Source: an uncultured bacterium
GTDB taxonomy: Bacteria > Patescibacteriota > Minisyncoccia > Minisyncoccales > Minisyncoccaceae
Direction of reading: 5' to 3'
DNA length: 64,000 nucleotides
Assembly: GCA_963807465.1 (NCBI GenBank)
Contig: CAWECB010000002.1
Span: 18,167 to 82,166 of the forward strand
Shown here: positions 39,067 to 47,807 of the stretch, in pieces
How positions within the stretch are numbered: position 1 is the first letter of the stretch
Layout: each line of letters opens with the position of its first letter
The notes under the pieces: model-generated
Databases searched by the model: none
What the model was told of the DNA's origin: nothing
Seen by the model: only the letters and a program-made list of their open reading frames with translations
Translations under genes and position numbers: made by a program

Positions 39067-39972
39067 ATGGCGCTATTTTTTACCCAAAACGGAACAACAA
39101 AAAAGATACCGACCGTCAAAGTCGGTCTGGAAAAGGATGTGCAGAAACTTTTCGAGAAAAACCTCGATGAGATTTTAAATATCCATTTTTTGGCAACTGA
39201 ATACTCGACTAGTTCTGGCGGTAGGATTGATAGTCTTGGCATCGACAACAATGGTTCACCCGTAATCATTGAGTACAAACTGTCTCAAAATGACAACGTT
39301 ATTAACCAAGGACTGTCCTACCTCCGTTGGCTCCTAGACCATAAAGACGCCTTCGAGACACTGGTGCGTAAAGCGAGTGTTGATATTGAAATCGACTGGG
39401 CATCGCCCAGGGTTATTTGTGTTGCGGAGAGCTATAACAAATTCGATCTGGATACCGCCGATCTTTTACCAATGGATATCGAACTTTTGCGCTACAGACT
39501 TTATGAAAATGACATCTTGCTGGTAGAACCAGAAGTTCAGCGCAAAGTGAAAATTTCAACCTCTGAAATTTTCTCAAAAATTGAAAAGCACGAATTCAAA
39601 GAAAAAATCCATTACACCGTTGATGACCATTTAAAATCAGCCAGCGATGTTGTTCGTGAACTGTTCGCTCTCATCAAAGAAAAAATATCAGCTCTCGATG
39701 AATCAATTATTGAGGAACCAAAGGCAAAATACATTGCATATAAATTAACTACCAATTTTTGCGATGTAGTGGTACTAAAAGATTCCCTCAAAATTTTTCT
39801 GAATGTTTCAAGTGGTGAGCTAGAAGATCCATCGGGCATGGCACGCGATCTTACAAAACCGAAACCAATCGGACACTGGGGTAACGGCGACTATGAGGTA
39901 AAACTCGAAAAACAGGAGGATATAGACAAGATTATGGATTTAATAAGACAAAGCTATAACTACAACAAATAA
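39067..39972 (+). CDS. PD-(D/E)xK nuclease-like (NucS/DUF91-type) protein with DUF5655-like C-terminal domain
   Basis: GGRIDSLGIDNNGSPVIIEYKLSQ..VINQGLSYLRWL matches the D..ExK core of NucS-like endonucleases. ATG 39067 is the likely start. Confidence 0.6.
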   Translation: MALFFTQNGTTKKIPTVKVGLEKDVQKLFEKNLDEILNIHFLATEYSTSSGGRIDSLGIDNNGSPVIIEYKLSQNDNVINQGLSYLRWLLDHKDAFETLVRKASVDIEIDWASPRVICVAESYNKFDLDTADLLPMDIELLRYRLYENDILLVEPEVQRKVKISTSEIFSKIEKHEFKEKIHYTVDDHLKSASDVVRELFALIKEKISALDESIIEEPKAKYIAYKLTTNFCDVVVLKDSLKIFLNVSSGELEDPSGMARDLTKPKPIGHWGNGDYEVKLEKQEDIDKIMDLIRQSYNYNK

Positions 39973-39975
39973 TTG

Positions 39976-40221
39976 ATGACCGTATTTATGCAGCTTAAAA
40001 ATAAAACAATAAAAGAACTACAAGAGATAATTAAGAAAGATTACGGCAAAGAGATTTCGGAGAAAGAGGGTGATGAACTCGGTGGTAGCTTATTGAGACT
40101 TACCAGAACAGCTTTGAATGTTATGGCTAAAAAAGAAAAAGAGGAAAAGCGCGGAAACCAGCCTGTTGGTGACCCGGTTGACACTGTTGGTAACTCGCCC
40201 CTTCGCAACGCCCAGGAATGA
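39976..40221 (+). CDS. hypothetical small protein
   Basis: The 81 aa ORF starts 4 nt after the upstream stop. It is charged and I recognise no family. Confidence 0.3.
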   Translation: MTVFMQLKNKTIKELQEIIKKDYGKEISEKEGDELGGSLLRLTRTALNVMAKKEKEEKRGNQPVGDPVDTVGNSPLRNAQE

Positions 40222-40279
40222 AGCTAAGGTGTTGCAAAGGTCGATAAGCAGATTTTAATCTAACCAACCATAAACAAAT

Positions 40280-40744
40280 ATGAACGAAGAAAAAATCATC
40301 AAAAAAGAAGATAAGCTCGATTGCAAAGTTGGACTATTCGGAAAAAGAGGAAGTCTGGTACTTACAACTTCAGAACTGTATTTCCTCTCGGGTAAAGATA
40401 AAGTATTTTCGGTTCCGTTAAAAGACATCTTAAGTACAAATGCCCGAAAAGGTCTCGGAAACGGAATCGATCATCTTTTCGTTATTTTTAACGAAAACGG
40501 CAAAGAGAGAAAAATTAAAATACAGCACTTGGCTTTCTGGGCAGGGACAGCAATGGGTAATATGACTCAACTTCGCGAACCGTATTTCAGGTCATGGGAA
40601 ACCGCCATAGAAAATGCCCGATTCGGCGAAGATACGGCTCAGAATAATTTAAACGATCTTGAAAAATTGGCTGATCTTAAAACAAAGGGCGTGATTACTG
40701 AAGAGGAATTTCAGGCGAAGAAGAAGCAATTACTCGGGTTATAG
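40280..40744 (+). CDS. PH/GRAM-like domain protein with C-terminal SHOCT domain
   Basis: The C-terminus LEKLADLKTKGVITEEEFQAKKKQLLGL is a SHOCT motif. The N-terminal GSLVLTTSELYFLSG region is bacterial PH-like. Confidence 0.6.
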   Translation: MNEEKIIKKEDKLDCKVGLFGKRGSLVLTTSELYFLSGKDKVFSVPLKDILSTNARKGLGNGIDHLFVIFNENGKERKIKIQHLAFWAGTAMGNMTQLREPYFRSWETAIENARFGEDTAQNNLNDLEKLADLKTKGVITEEEFQAKKKQLLGL

Positions 40745-40784
40745 CTTTCCATTGCTGGAAATAAGACCTCATTGAGCAGATCGT

Positions 40785-40804
40785 CTTAAATCCGGAATAT
40801 AAAT
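40785..40804 (+). repeat. left copy of about 20-bp imperfect direct repeat flanking the ArsR-thioredoxin-permease cassette
   Basis: CTTAAATCCGGAATATAAAT here versus CTTAAATCCGAGATATAAAG at 42440-42459. Confidence 0.5.
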
Positions 40805-40835
40805 TACTTTTCTGTTTGTGATGAATTAGTTTCTA

Positions 40836-40882
40836 TTGACGCCGGTTTTTGTTTCGTCTATAATATCAATATAGATTGATAT
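40836..40882 (+). promoter_or_regulatory. arsR promoter (TTGACG / TATAAT, 17-nt spacer) overlapped by perfect inverted repeat ATATCAAT-atag-ATTGATAT
   Basis: -35 at 40836-41, -10 at 40859-64, and the inverted repeat at 40863-40882. ArsR/SmtB repressors bind such dyads at their own promoters. Confidence 0.5.
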
Positions 40883-40885
40883 AGT

Positions 40886-41200
40886 ATGAAACCAAAATGC
40901 TGTAAAACTAAAATAGTAAAAGAAATCGGCAAAACAGCCGATCTTTTAAAGATAATTGCCGAAGAAAATCGTCTCAAAATTCTCTGCGTCCTTAAAGCCG
41001 GTGAGAAATGTGTCTGTGATATTTGGCAGGATATTGGTGCTCCACAAAACCTTACCTCTCACCACCTCAAAGTGTTAAAAGACGCAAAATTGATAGGTTC
41101 GCGCAGAGACGGCTTGAAGGTCATATACCACATTAACAAAAAAGAAATGGGTAAGTTTAATTCGTTATTAAATAACTTTTTACAAAATTATGGAAAGTAA
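40886..41200 (+). CDS. ArsR/SmtB-family metalloregulator
   Basis: LLKIIAEENRLKILCVLKAGEKCVCDIWQDIGAPQNLTSHHLKVLKDAKLI has the CVC metal site and a winged HTH. Confidence 0.8.
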   Translation: MKPKCCKTKIVKEIGKTADLLKIIAEENRLKILCVLKAGEKCVCDIWQDIGAPQNLTSHHLKVLKDAKLIGSRRDGLKVIYHINKKEMGKFNSLLNNFLQNYGK

Positions 41201-41444
41201 AAAAATACAAATTCAAGTTTTAGGTTCTGGTTGTCCGACCTGCAAAAAGCTATACGAGATAACCGAAAGGGCGGCCAAAGAACTTGGGTTAGATACGAAA
41301 GTTGAGTATATCACCGACGTCCAGAAAATCGTTGAAATGGGCATAATGCAAAGCCCTGTTTTAGCCGTAAATGGCAAACCAGCTTTGATCGGTTTTACGC
41401 CCGATATAGAAAAAATTAAAAAAGCTATTCAAGATAAACTTTAA
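41190..41444 (+). CDS. thioredoxin-fold protein (redox-active disulfide protein 2 type)
   Basis: 84 aa ORF with IQVLGSGCPTCKKLYE (CxxC) and SPVLAVNGK. Confidence 0.75.
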   Translation: MESKKIQIQVLGSGCPTCKKLYEITERAAKELGLDTKVEYITDVQKIVEMGIMQSPVLAVNGKPALIGFTPDIEKIKKAIQDKL

Positions 41445-41447
41445 TTT

Positions 41448-42413
41448 ATGGATATATTCTACCCTATAAAGTTGTTAGCCGATTGGTTTACGTTCTCTCT
41501 TTTTAATATTACTCCCAAGACCCTCTTGGCCGAAGCGGTCAATTTTTTTATTTACGATACAATCAAGATATTTATTTTACTGGCAGTTATCATTTTTATT
41601 GTTTCCATAATCCGTTCGTTTTTGCCTCCGGAAAAGATCCGCCTCATCCTTTCGCATAAAAACAAGTATACCGGGAACGTTTTAGCTTCCTTGCTTGGGA
41701 TTATCACTCCGTTTTGTTCTTGCTCGGCTGTCCCTTTATTTTTAGGATTTGTGCAGGCTGGTGTGCCATTGGGAACGACTTTCTCTTTTCTTGTCGCTTC
41801 TCCTATGATCAACGAAGTGGCTTTGGTTTTGCTCTTGGGTATGTTTGGTTGGAAAATTGCTTTGGTATATATTTTGAGCGGACTAATCATCGCAATTTTA
41901 TCGGGCATAGTTATCGGTAAAATGAAAGTGGAGAACTTGGTAGAGCCTTTTGTTTATGAGAACTCTATTAACTCAAAGATAGATTTTCCCGATATGAAGT
42001 GGCCTGACCGATTTTCCTACGCCGGAAATTATACTTGGGATATTATCAAGAAAGTATGGCCATATATTCTGATAGGTATTGGTCTTGGTGCTTGGATACA
42101 CGGTTATGTGCCAACTGACTTTCTGGCCAAGTATGCAGGCGCTGACAAGTGGTATGCCGTGCCTTTTGCTGTTTTGATAGGTATTCCGCTTTATTCCAAC
42201 GCCGCCGGTATTATCCCTCTTGTCGGGGCTTTGACCGAAAAAGGTGTGGCTATGGGAACGACACTCGCTTTTATGATGGCCGTTACCGCCTTGTCATTGC
42301 CAGAGTTTATGATTTTGAAACGAGTAATGAAGATTAAGCTTATTTTAATCTTTGCTGGTATTGTGGGAGTTGGAATTATGTTTACTGGATATTTATTTAA
42401 TTGGATTTTATAA
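41448..42413 (+). CDS. permease of the ArsP/DUF318 family
   Basis: Polytopic protein with the TPFCSCSAVPLFLGF motif typical of this permease family. It is co-oriented with arsR and the thioredoxin-like gene. Confidence 0.75.
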   Translation: MDIFYPIKLLADWFTFSLFNITPKTLLAEAVNFFIYDTIKIFILLAVIIFIVSIIRSFLPPEKIRLILSHKNKYTGNVLASLLGIITPFCSCSAVPLFLGFVQAGVPLGTTFSFLVASPMINEVALVLLLGMFGWKIALVYILSGLIIAILSGIVIGKMKVENLVEPFVYENSINSKIDFPDMKWPDRFSYAGNYTWDIIKKVWPYILIGIGLGAWIHGYVPTDFLAKYAGADKWYAVPFAVLIGIPLYSNAAGIIPLVGALTEKGVAMGTTLAFMMAVTALSLPEFMILKRVMKIKLILIFAGIVGVGIMFTGYLFNWIL

Positions 42414-42439
42414 AATAGGGCCTAACGTCAATGATTGGC

Positions 42440-42459
42440 CTTAAATCCGAGATATAAAG
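42440..42459 (+). repeat. right copy of about 20-bp imperfect direct repeat flanking the ArsR cassette
   Basis: CTTAAATCCGAGATATAAAG. The first 10 nt are identical to the left copy and 7 of the next 9 match. Confidence 0.5.
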
Positions 42460-42586
42460 TTGTGCTGTCGTATGATAGTTCTAATGTCTATCATAATTCG
42501 GATAGTGAAGATTCAGTAAATAGCAGCATGAACCTTCGTATGAGTTATTCACAGGAGAGAATTTTCCTATTTTCTGTATTCTTTGC

Positions 42587-42699
42587 TATAATACAAGTGT
42601 ACTTTTCGTAATACGGCAAATCATCTCCCTTAGGAGGTGGCGAAAAGTATCGGCCCAAAACACCATGAATAAAGGCCAGCCGGTGTTTTTGGGCTTTTT
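42587..42699 (+). ncRNA. candidate small RNA (extended -10 TGCTATAAT; terminator CCCAAAACACC..GGTGTTTTTGGG + T5)
   Basis: An approximately 100-nt unit with P1 TACTTTTCG/CGAAAAGTA enclosing hairpin CATCTCC-ctta-GGAGGTG, then a strong intrinsic terminator. No credible ORF. Confidence 0.3.
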
Positions 42700-42762
42700 C
42701 TATATCCAAAACCCATAATAAGTCGACCCGGCAAATGGTTCAAAACTAATTAATAAAAAACT

Positions 42763-43398
42763 ATGGGTACAGTATATAAACAACTTACATATCGAATCTC
42801 GAGCATTCCCATTACAAAGGGTCTGACTTACGTTATTGCAGAAGATCCGGAAATAAAGCTTGAATGGGAAACAACCACAATCAAGAAAAAGCTTTATTTG
42901 GACGTTCTTGAAAAGACCATGGGAACCACTTTGGCGATTTGCCATCATATCGGTATTACCCGAGGGACTTTTTATAACTGGATCAACAGCGATGCCGATT
43001 TCAAGTCCGCAGTTTACCGGATGAAAGAAGAAGTCCTGAATGATATTGAGGAAACGCTAATTAAATCGGCTCTTGAAAAAAATATTCAGGCGGCTAAATT
43101 TATACTTGGGAAAAAACATCCGGATTATAAAAAACAGCCAAAAGAAAACATGGAAACCGTTGTGCACATTCACCATCACGCAACGCCACCAGGAGAAAAA
43201 GAAGACGCTGAAATTAATATCGGTCTCGATGAGCTTTTTATAATGTCTGAAGAAAAGGATCTTAGTCAACTCACTCCCGATGGGATGAGAACTTATAAAA
43301 AGTATAAACAGCTTGCTGATTTCATAAAGTGGGAATACGGAATAACAGACGAGAAGCCTAAAACCAAGGAAGATTTTGAAAAAGAGAAAAATGCGTAA
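42763..43398 (+). CDS. phage-type HTH protein (terminase small subunit-like N-terminus)
   Basis: LYLDVLEKTMGTTLAICHHIGITRGTFYNWINSDADFKSAV...AAKFILGKKHPDYK resembles phage small-terminase/HTH_23-type proteins. Confidence 0.45.
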   Translation: MGTVYKQLTYRISSIPITKGLTYVIAEDPEIKLEWETTTIKKKLYLDVLEKTMGTTLAICHHIGITRGTFYNWINSDADFKSAVYRMKEEVLNDIEETLIKSALEKNIQAAKFILGKKHPDYKKQPKENMETVVHIHHHATPPGEKEDAEINIGLDELFIMSEEKDLSQLTPDGMRTYKKYKQLADFIKWEYGITDEKPKTKEDFEKEKNA

Positions 43399-43611
43399 AA
43401 ATGTCTAATTTGTCTAATTTCGCAAAAATCTTGAGCAGACCCTCTTGCGTCGGTTTTTTCATTTACTAATCGTCAAAAAAGCCCTATAATACCTATATAA
43501 TCTTGGTACTAGAGCGGGGAACACAACAAAATTACAGAGATTTGTTTCTCTTTTTTTGTTTATGAGATATAATAATTATTAAAGCATTAAAAGAATAAAT
43601 ATTACGGAAAG

Positions 43612-45060
43612 ATGAAAATAGAATTTAAGAATAATATCTTGATTATCGGCTATGGAGCAGTGTCGAGATGCGCTTTGCCGGTCTTGTTAGAAAAGGTGGA
43701 TGTGCCCATCGGCAATATTACGGTGATAGATGCCCTGGACAAGTCTGAAGAGCTTAAGAAATTCAGAGAAAAAGGATTAAGGTTCTTCGAAGGGAGGATA
43801 ACTCCTGAGAACATCAATGCCATTCTCTCAAGCTATCTCCACCTCGGAGACCTGCTCATAGATCTTGCCTGCAACATCGATTGCAACGAAATCGTGAAAT
43901 GGTGCCATGACAACGAGGTCATATATGTGAATGCTTCCGTTGAGGAATGGGACCCCTTGGCCGATATCGACGAAGAAAGCCCGTTCGAGAAATCTCTGTA
44001 CTACAGACAGATGAGATTGAGAGAAATGTCGAAGGACTGGAAAGATTCCCCGACGGCGGTTGTCGATCACGGAGCTAACCCAGGATTGATTTCCCATTTT
44101 ACAAAACAGGCCCTGGTAGATATAGCGAACAGGTTGATCAGCGAAAAAAAGGTTTCCGGCAAAGATGAAGCTATTCTATCGGATTTGATCAGAAACAACA
44201 AATTCGCGGAATTGTCGATGAAGCTCGGAGTGAAAGTAATCCATTGCAGCGAGAGGGACACCCAGATAACCAACAGGCCAAAAGAAATCGACGAATTCGT
44301 AGGAACCTGGAGTGTGGAAGGATTGAGGGAAGAGGGGACCGCCCCGGCTGAAATGGGGTGGGGAACTCACGAAAAAAAACTTCCCAAGCTTGCCAACATC
44401 CCCCCGGTCGGGCCGAAGAACCAAATATTCCTTTCCCAGATGGGAACGAATACGTTCGTCCATTCCTGGATCCCGAATCAGAACATTCTCGGGATGGTGA
44501 TTAGGCACGGTGAAGCCTTCGGCATCTCCGACCGTCTTACGGTCTGGAAGAACAAGAAAGCCATCTACAGGCCGACCGTCCATTATGCCTACATGCCGTG
44601 CCACGAAACCCTGGCTTCGCTTCTGGAGTTGAAAGCGAGGAATTACAACATGCAGCCGAAGATAAGGATAATGTACGATGAAATAACCAAGGGAGAAGAT
44701 ATCCTCGGAGCTCTATTGATGGGCCACGAATATAAGTCTTGGTGGACCGGCAGCGTCCTCGGCATAGATGAGGCGAGAAGGCTTGTTCCCGGCCAAAATG
44801 CCACGACGGTCCAGGTGGCGATAGGGGTAGTCGCAGCAATAATGTGGATGGTAGAAAACCCGAGGAAAGGATTATGCATCCCGGACGATCTCCCTTACGA
44901 TTATATTCTGAATATAGCGAAGCCCTATCTCGGTAAGTTCATCTCGGAACCATCCGACTGGACCCCCTTAAGAGACAGAAAGGTGTACTTTACGGAAAAC
45001 CCCGAAAGCGTTCCAGACAAAGATGTCTGGCAATTTAAGAACTTTTTATTGCTTCCGTAA
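43612..45060 (+). CDS. hss: homospermidine synthase
   Basis: Colinear with bacterial HSS as I recall the Blastochloris viridis enzyme: IIGYGAVSRCALPVL, DHGANPGLISHFTKQALV, SERDTQ, WSVEGLREEG, AEMGWGTHE, YRPTVHYAYMPC, GQNATTVQVA, DWTPL and WQFKNFLL. Confidence 0.85.
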   Translation: MKIEFKNNILIIGYGAVSRCALPVLLEKVDVPIGNITVIDALDKSEELKKFREKGLRFFEGRITPENINAILSSYLHLGDLLIDLACNIDCNEIVKWCHDNEVIYVNASVEEWDPLADIDEESPFEKSLYYRQMRLREMSKDWKDSPTAVVDHGANPGLISHFTKQALVDIANRLISEKKVSGKDEAILSDLIRNNKFAELSMKLGVKVIHCSERDTQITNRPKEIDEFVGTWSVEGLREEGTAPAEMGWGTHEKKLPKLANIPPVGPKNQIFLSQMGTNTFVHSWIPNQNILGMVIRHGEAFGISDRLTVWKNKKAIYRPTVHYAYMPCHETLASLLELKARNYNMQPKIRIMYDEITKGEDILGALLMGHEYKSWWTGSVLGIDEARRLVPGQNATTVQVAIGVVAAIMWMVENPRKGLCIPDDLPYDYILNIAKPYLGKFISEPSDWTPLRDRKVYFTENPESVPDKDVWQFKNFLLLP

Positions 45061-45150
45061 GACTATAGAAGTTTATCCATATATGTATTTACCCTTTTTC
45101 TATAGTATTATTAATAGATAAATATTAATAATACTTTAGCTTGCAAGTAC

Positions 45151-45209
45151 TTGACGAGAGCATCAACGGGTGATAATATAAATCTAATAGTTAATTAATC
45201 TAACTATTA
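45151..45209 (+). promoter_or_regulatory. marR promoter (TTGACG / TAATAT) followed by perfect 9-bp inverted repeat TAATAGTTA-attaatc-TAACTATTA
   Basis: -35 at 45151-56, -10 at 45174-79, and the dyad at 45185-45209, just downstream of the -10. This is typical of a MarR auto-operator. Confidence 0.45.
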
Positions 45210-45225
45210 ATAACCTTAAGTTTTA

Positions 45226-45654
45226 ATGTGTATGGATAAGGATGAAAAATTATCATCTACTATATTCAATGTGAACAGACTGATAAAAGAAAAAATCCGT
45301 TTAAGCGATTGTTTAAATGGTTTTCCTTATACAGAAATTGAGGTATTGAGGTTTGTTGAAAGCAAAAAGAAAACAACGATGAAATCTATTGCTGATTATT
45401 TACACATTAAACCTCCGTCGGCTACTCCCTTGATAGACAGTCTGGTAAAAAGGGGAAGTCTTAAAAGAGCCCAAAAAATAGACGATAGAAGGGTGGTCTA
45501 CGTAGAATTAACTCCCAAGGGATTAAAATCATTACAAAAGAAACACGATAATATTCACAAAATCGTTAAAATATTTTTTAGTAAACTAAATAACAAAGAT
45601 AAACAGAACCTTATTACAATTCTAGAAAAAATATCCTATGGAAAAAACAATTAA
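45226..45654 (+). CDS. MarR-family transcriptional regulator
   Basis: YTEIEVLRFVESKKKTTMKSIADYLHIKPPSATPLIDSLVKRGSLKRAQKIDDRRVVYVELTPKG is a winged HTH of MarR type. Confidence 0.8.
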   Translation: MCMDKDEKLSSTIFNVNRLIKEKIRLSDCLNGFPYTEIEVLRFVESKKKTTMKSIADYLHIKPPSATPLIDSLVKRGSLKRAQKIDDRRVVYVELTPKGLKSLQKKHDNIHKIVKIFFSKLNNKDKQNLITILEKISYGKNN

Positions 45655-47129
45655 AAATATAATTATCGCTTCTATCGTTATAGTGGTAATCGCTGCCGCG
45701 GTTATCTTACTCTTGCTTTTTAGACAAGGGTCGTCCTCCAAATTATCTTCAGTCGAGGTAAAAAATGGCGATATTACTGAAAAAATAAATCTAACCGGAC
45801 AAGTCAAAGCTTCCCAAGGAGTTGATTTGGCTTTTGAAACTCAGGGAAAAATTGTGGCAAACTATGTAAAAGTTGGAGATAAGATTTATGATGGCGAACC
45901 GCTTTTGGCGATTGACAGCTCTATTTTACGGTCTCAATTAGAACAAGCGCAGGCTCAATTAGAACAGGCGCAGGCTCAATTGGATGCTTTAAATATTAAT
46001 ACAGTAAAAAGCAAAACAAACGCGGGAATACAAAATCTTTATGCTAATAGTTTGAGCGCAGCGCAAAAATCTGTTACTACCGCAAAAGATATTTTGCTTA
46101 CAATTTCTGACATCCAAATTAATCATTTTAACAGCCAAACCCAAGAAGACATCGCATTGCAAGATGCGGAAGCAAAAGCGGTTAATTCTTTACTGGGACA
46201 AGCAAAACGCCGGGCTTTGGACTTCGCAAGAATATCGGCCAATTAAACGGCGGAGCTTTCGGTTTGGTCCAAGATGCAATAAACAATCCGACACAAGATA
46301 ATATTGATTCAGCTCTTTCGGCCACGCAAACAGCACTGCAAGATGTGAGTAATTTAGTTAATGCGGTTCCAATTGATCCTGCTTTAACTCCAACAGAAAG
46401 AGCCAGCATCAGTTTGGCAAAAACAAATATAAATTTGGAAATTATAACTACATCAGCAAACATACAGGCAATATCATCGCAAAAAGTTAATAATTCAGCC
46501 ACCATAACAACTACCAACGATCAAATAGAAGCAGCAAAAGCAAATATAAAGGCCGTAGAAGCCAGTATCGACTGCAATTAAAACACAAATTTCAAAAACA
46601 GTCATAAGAGCATTATTTGATGGCCAAGTTGATAAAGATAATGCTGTTGTGGGCCAGATTGTGTCTCCGAATGTGCCGGTTATAACAATTTCAAACAATA
46701 ATCTTGAAATAGACACAAATATTCCCGAAATTGATGTGGCCAATGCAAAAATCGGAGAAGATGCAAATATAACTTTAGATGCTTTTGGAAACGATGTTAT
46801 TTTTCCGGCAACAATTGTTTCTATTGATTTGGCTCCGTCGATAATCAATGGAATATCAGTTTACGGCGCCAAATTAAAATTTAAAAATTCGGATGACAGA
46901 ATAAAGCCCGGCATGACAGCAAACATAACCGTAATTTCCGATACTCATTCAAATGTTTTAATAGTTCCTGAAATCAGCGGTTATACAGCAAAACAGTAAA
47001 TATTTTGTAATAGTAGATAAAGGAAATTCCAAGAAAGAATCAAGAGAAGTTACGGTCGGTTTAAGAGACGATAAAAATATTGAAATTATTTCTGGATTAA
47101 AATTAGGAGAAAAAGTATTCGCATATTAA
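45638..47129 (+). pseudogene. efflux periplasmic adaptor (HlyD/MacA-like membrane fusion protein), about 3 frame changes
   Basis: N-terminal TM anchor, lipoyl-like GKIVANYVKVGDKIYDGEPLLAID, coiled-coil LEQAQAQLEQAQAQLDAL, beta-barrel region GMTANITVI and tail VTVGLRDDKNIEIISGLKLGEKV in shifted frames. Confidence 0.7.
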
Positions 47130-47135
47130 AAAAAT

Positions 47136-47802
47136 ATGGAACAAAACAATTTAGAAAAAGATAGTAAAAAAGATAGAAAAAGGATAATAAAAAGTACTCG
47201 CAATAAAATAATTGCGGTGATTGCGATTGCTGTAATAATTTTAGGCGGCAGTTGGCGGACTTATATATTGGAACATTGTTTCGAGCAGAGTTTACATAGA
47301 AAATTCTTCAATATCGGCTCCGGTAATTAATTTGTCTCCGACGGTTGGCGGAACTTTGCAGGAAGTTTTTGTTAATGTTGGAGATTTGGTGCAAACATCA
47401 GCTCCCATTGCAAGAGTTGGCAACGAATTAATAAAAGCCAACTCAGACGGCCAAATTTTATCTATAAATACAAATATAGGCGATAATTTTGGGCCAGGCC
47501 AAACGGTTGCCACAATGATAAATCCAGATGATTTAAGAGTTGTCGGTCAGGTTGAGGAAGACAAGGGATTAAAAGATATAAAAATAGGGCAGCAAGCAAT
47601 TTTTACCGTTGATGCTTTTGGTTCAAAACAATATTCAGGAATTGTTGACCAGATAAATCCGACTTCAAATGCGGGCGATATTGTTTTTAATATTTCCGAC
47701 ACAAGGCAGGAAATGAATTTTGATGTTAAAGTAAGATTTGATATCAACCAATATCCGGAATTGAAAAATGGAATGTCGGCAAAACTTTGGATATACAAAT
47801 AA
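47136..47802 (+). pseudogene. HlyD-family secretion protein (EmrA-like, short), one frame change near 47300
   Basis: N-terminal TM anchor IIAVIAIAVIILGG, then SPTVGGTLQEVFVNVGDLVQTSAPIARV... and DAFGSKQYSGIVDQINP in a second frame. Confidence 0.65.
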
Positions 47803-47807
47803 AATGA

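Noticed and set aside
38797-40195. 13-nt direct repeat ACTGTTGGTAACT at 38797-38809 and 40183-40195 as possible att sites flanking the NucS-like gene
   Set aside because: A single 13-mer match is expected by chance in a 64-kb window. The second copy lies inside a coding region, and no extended similarity surrounds either copy.
32253-43500. Direct repeat of the tRNA-Gln 3-prime end marking a tyrosine-integrase type island boundary
   Set aside because: I could not find any copy of the tRNA 3-prime segment (GGTTCGAGTCCAAGTCCCGCA) downstream, and the only recombinase present is a serine recombinase, which does not generate such repeats.
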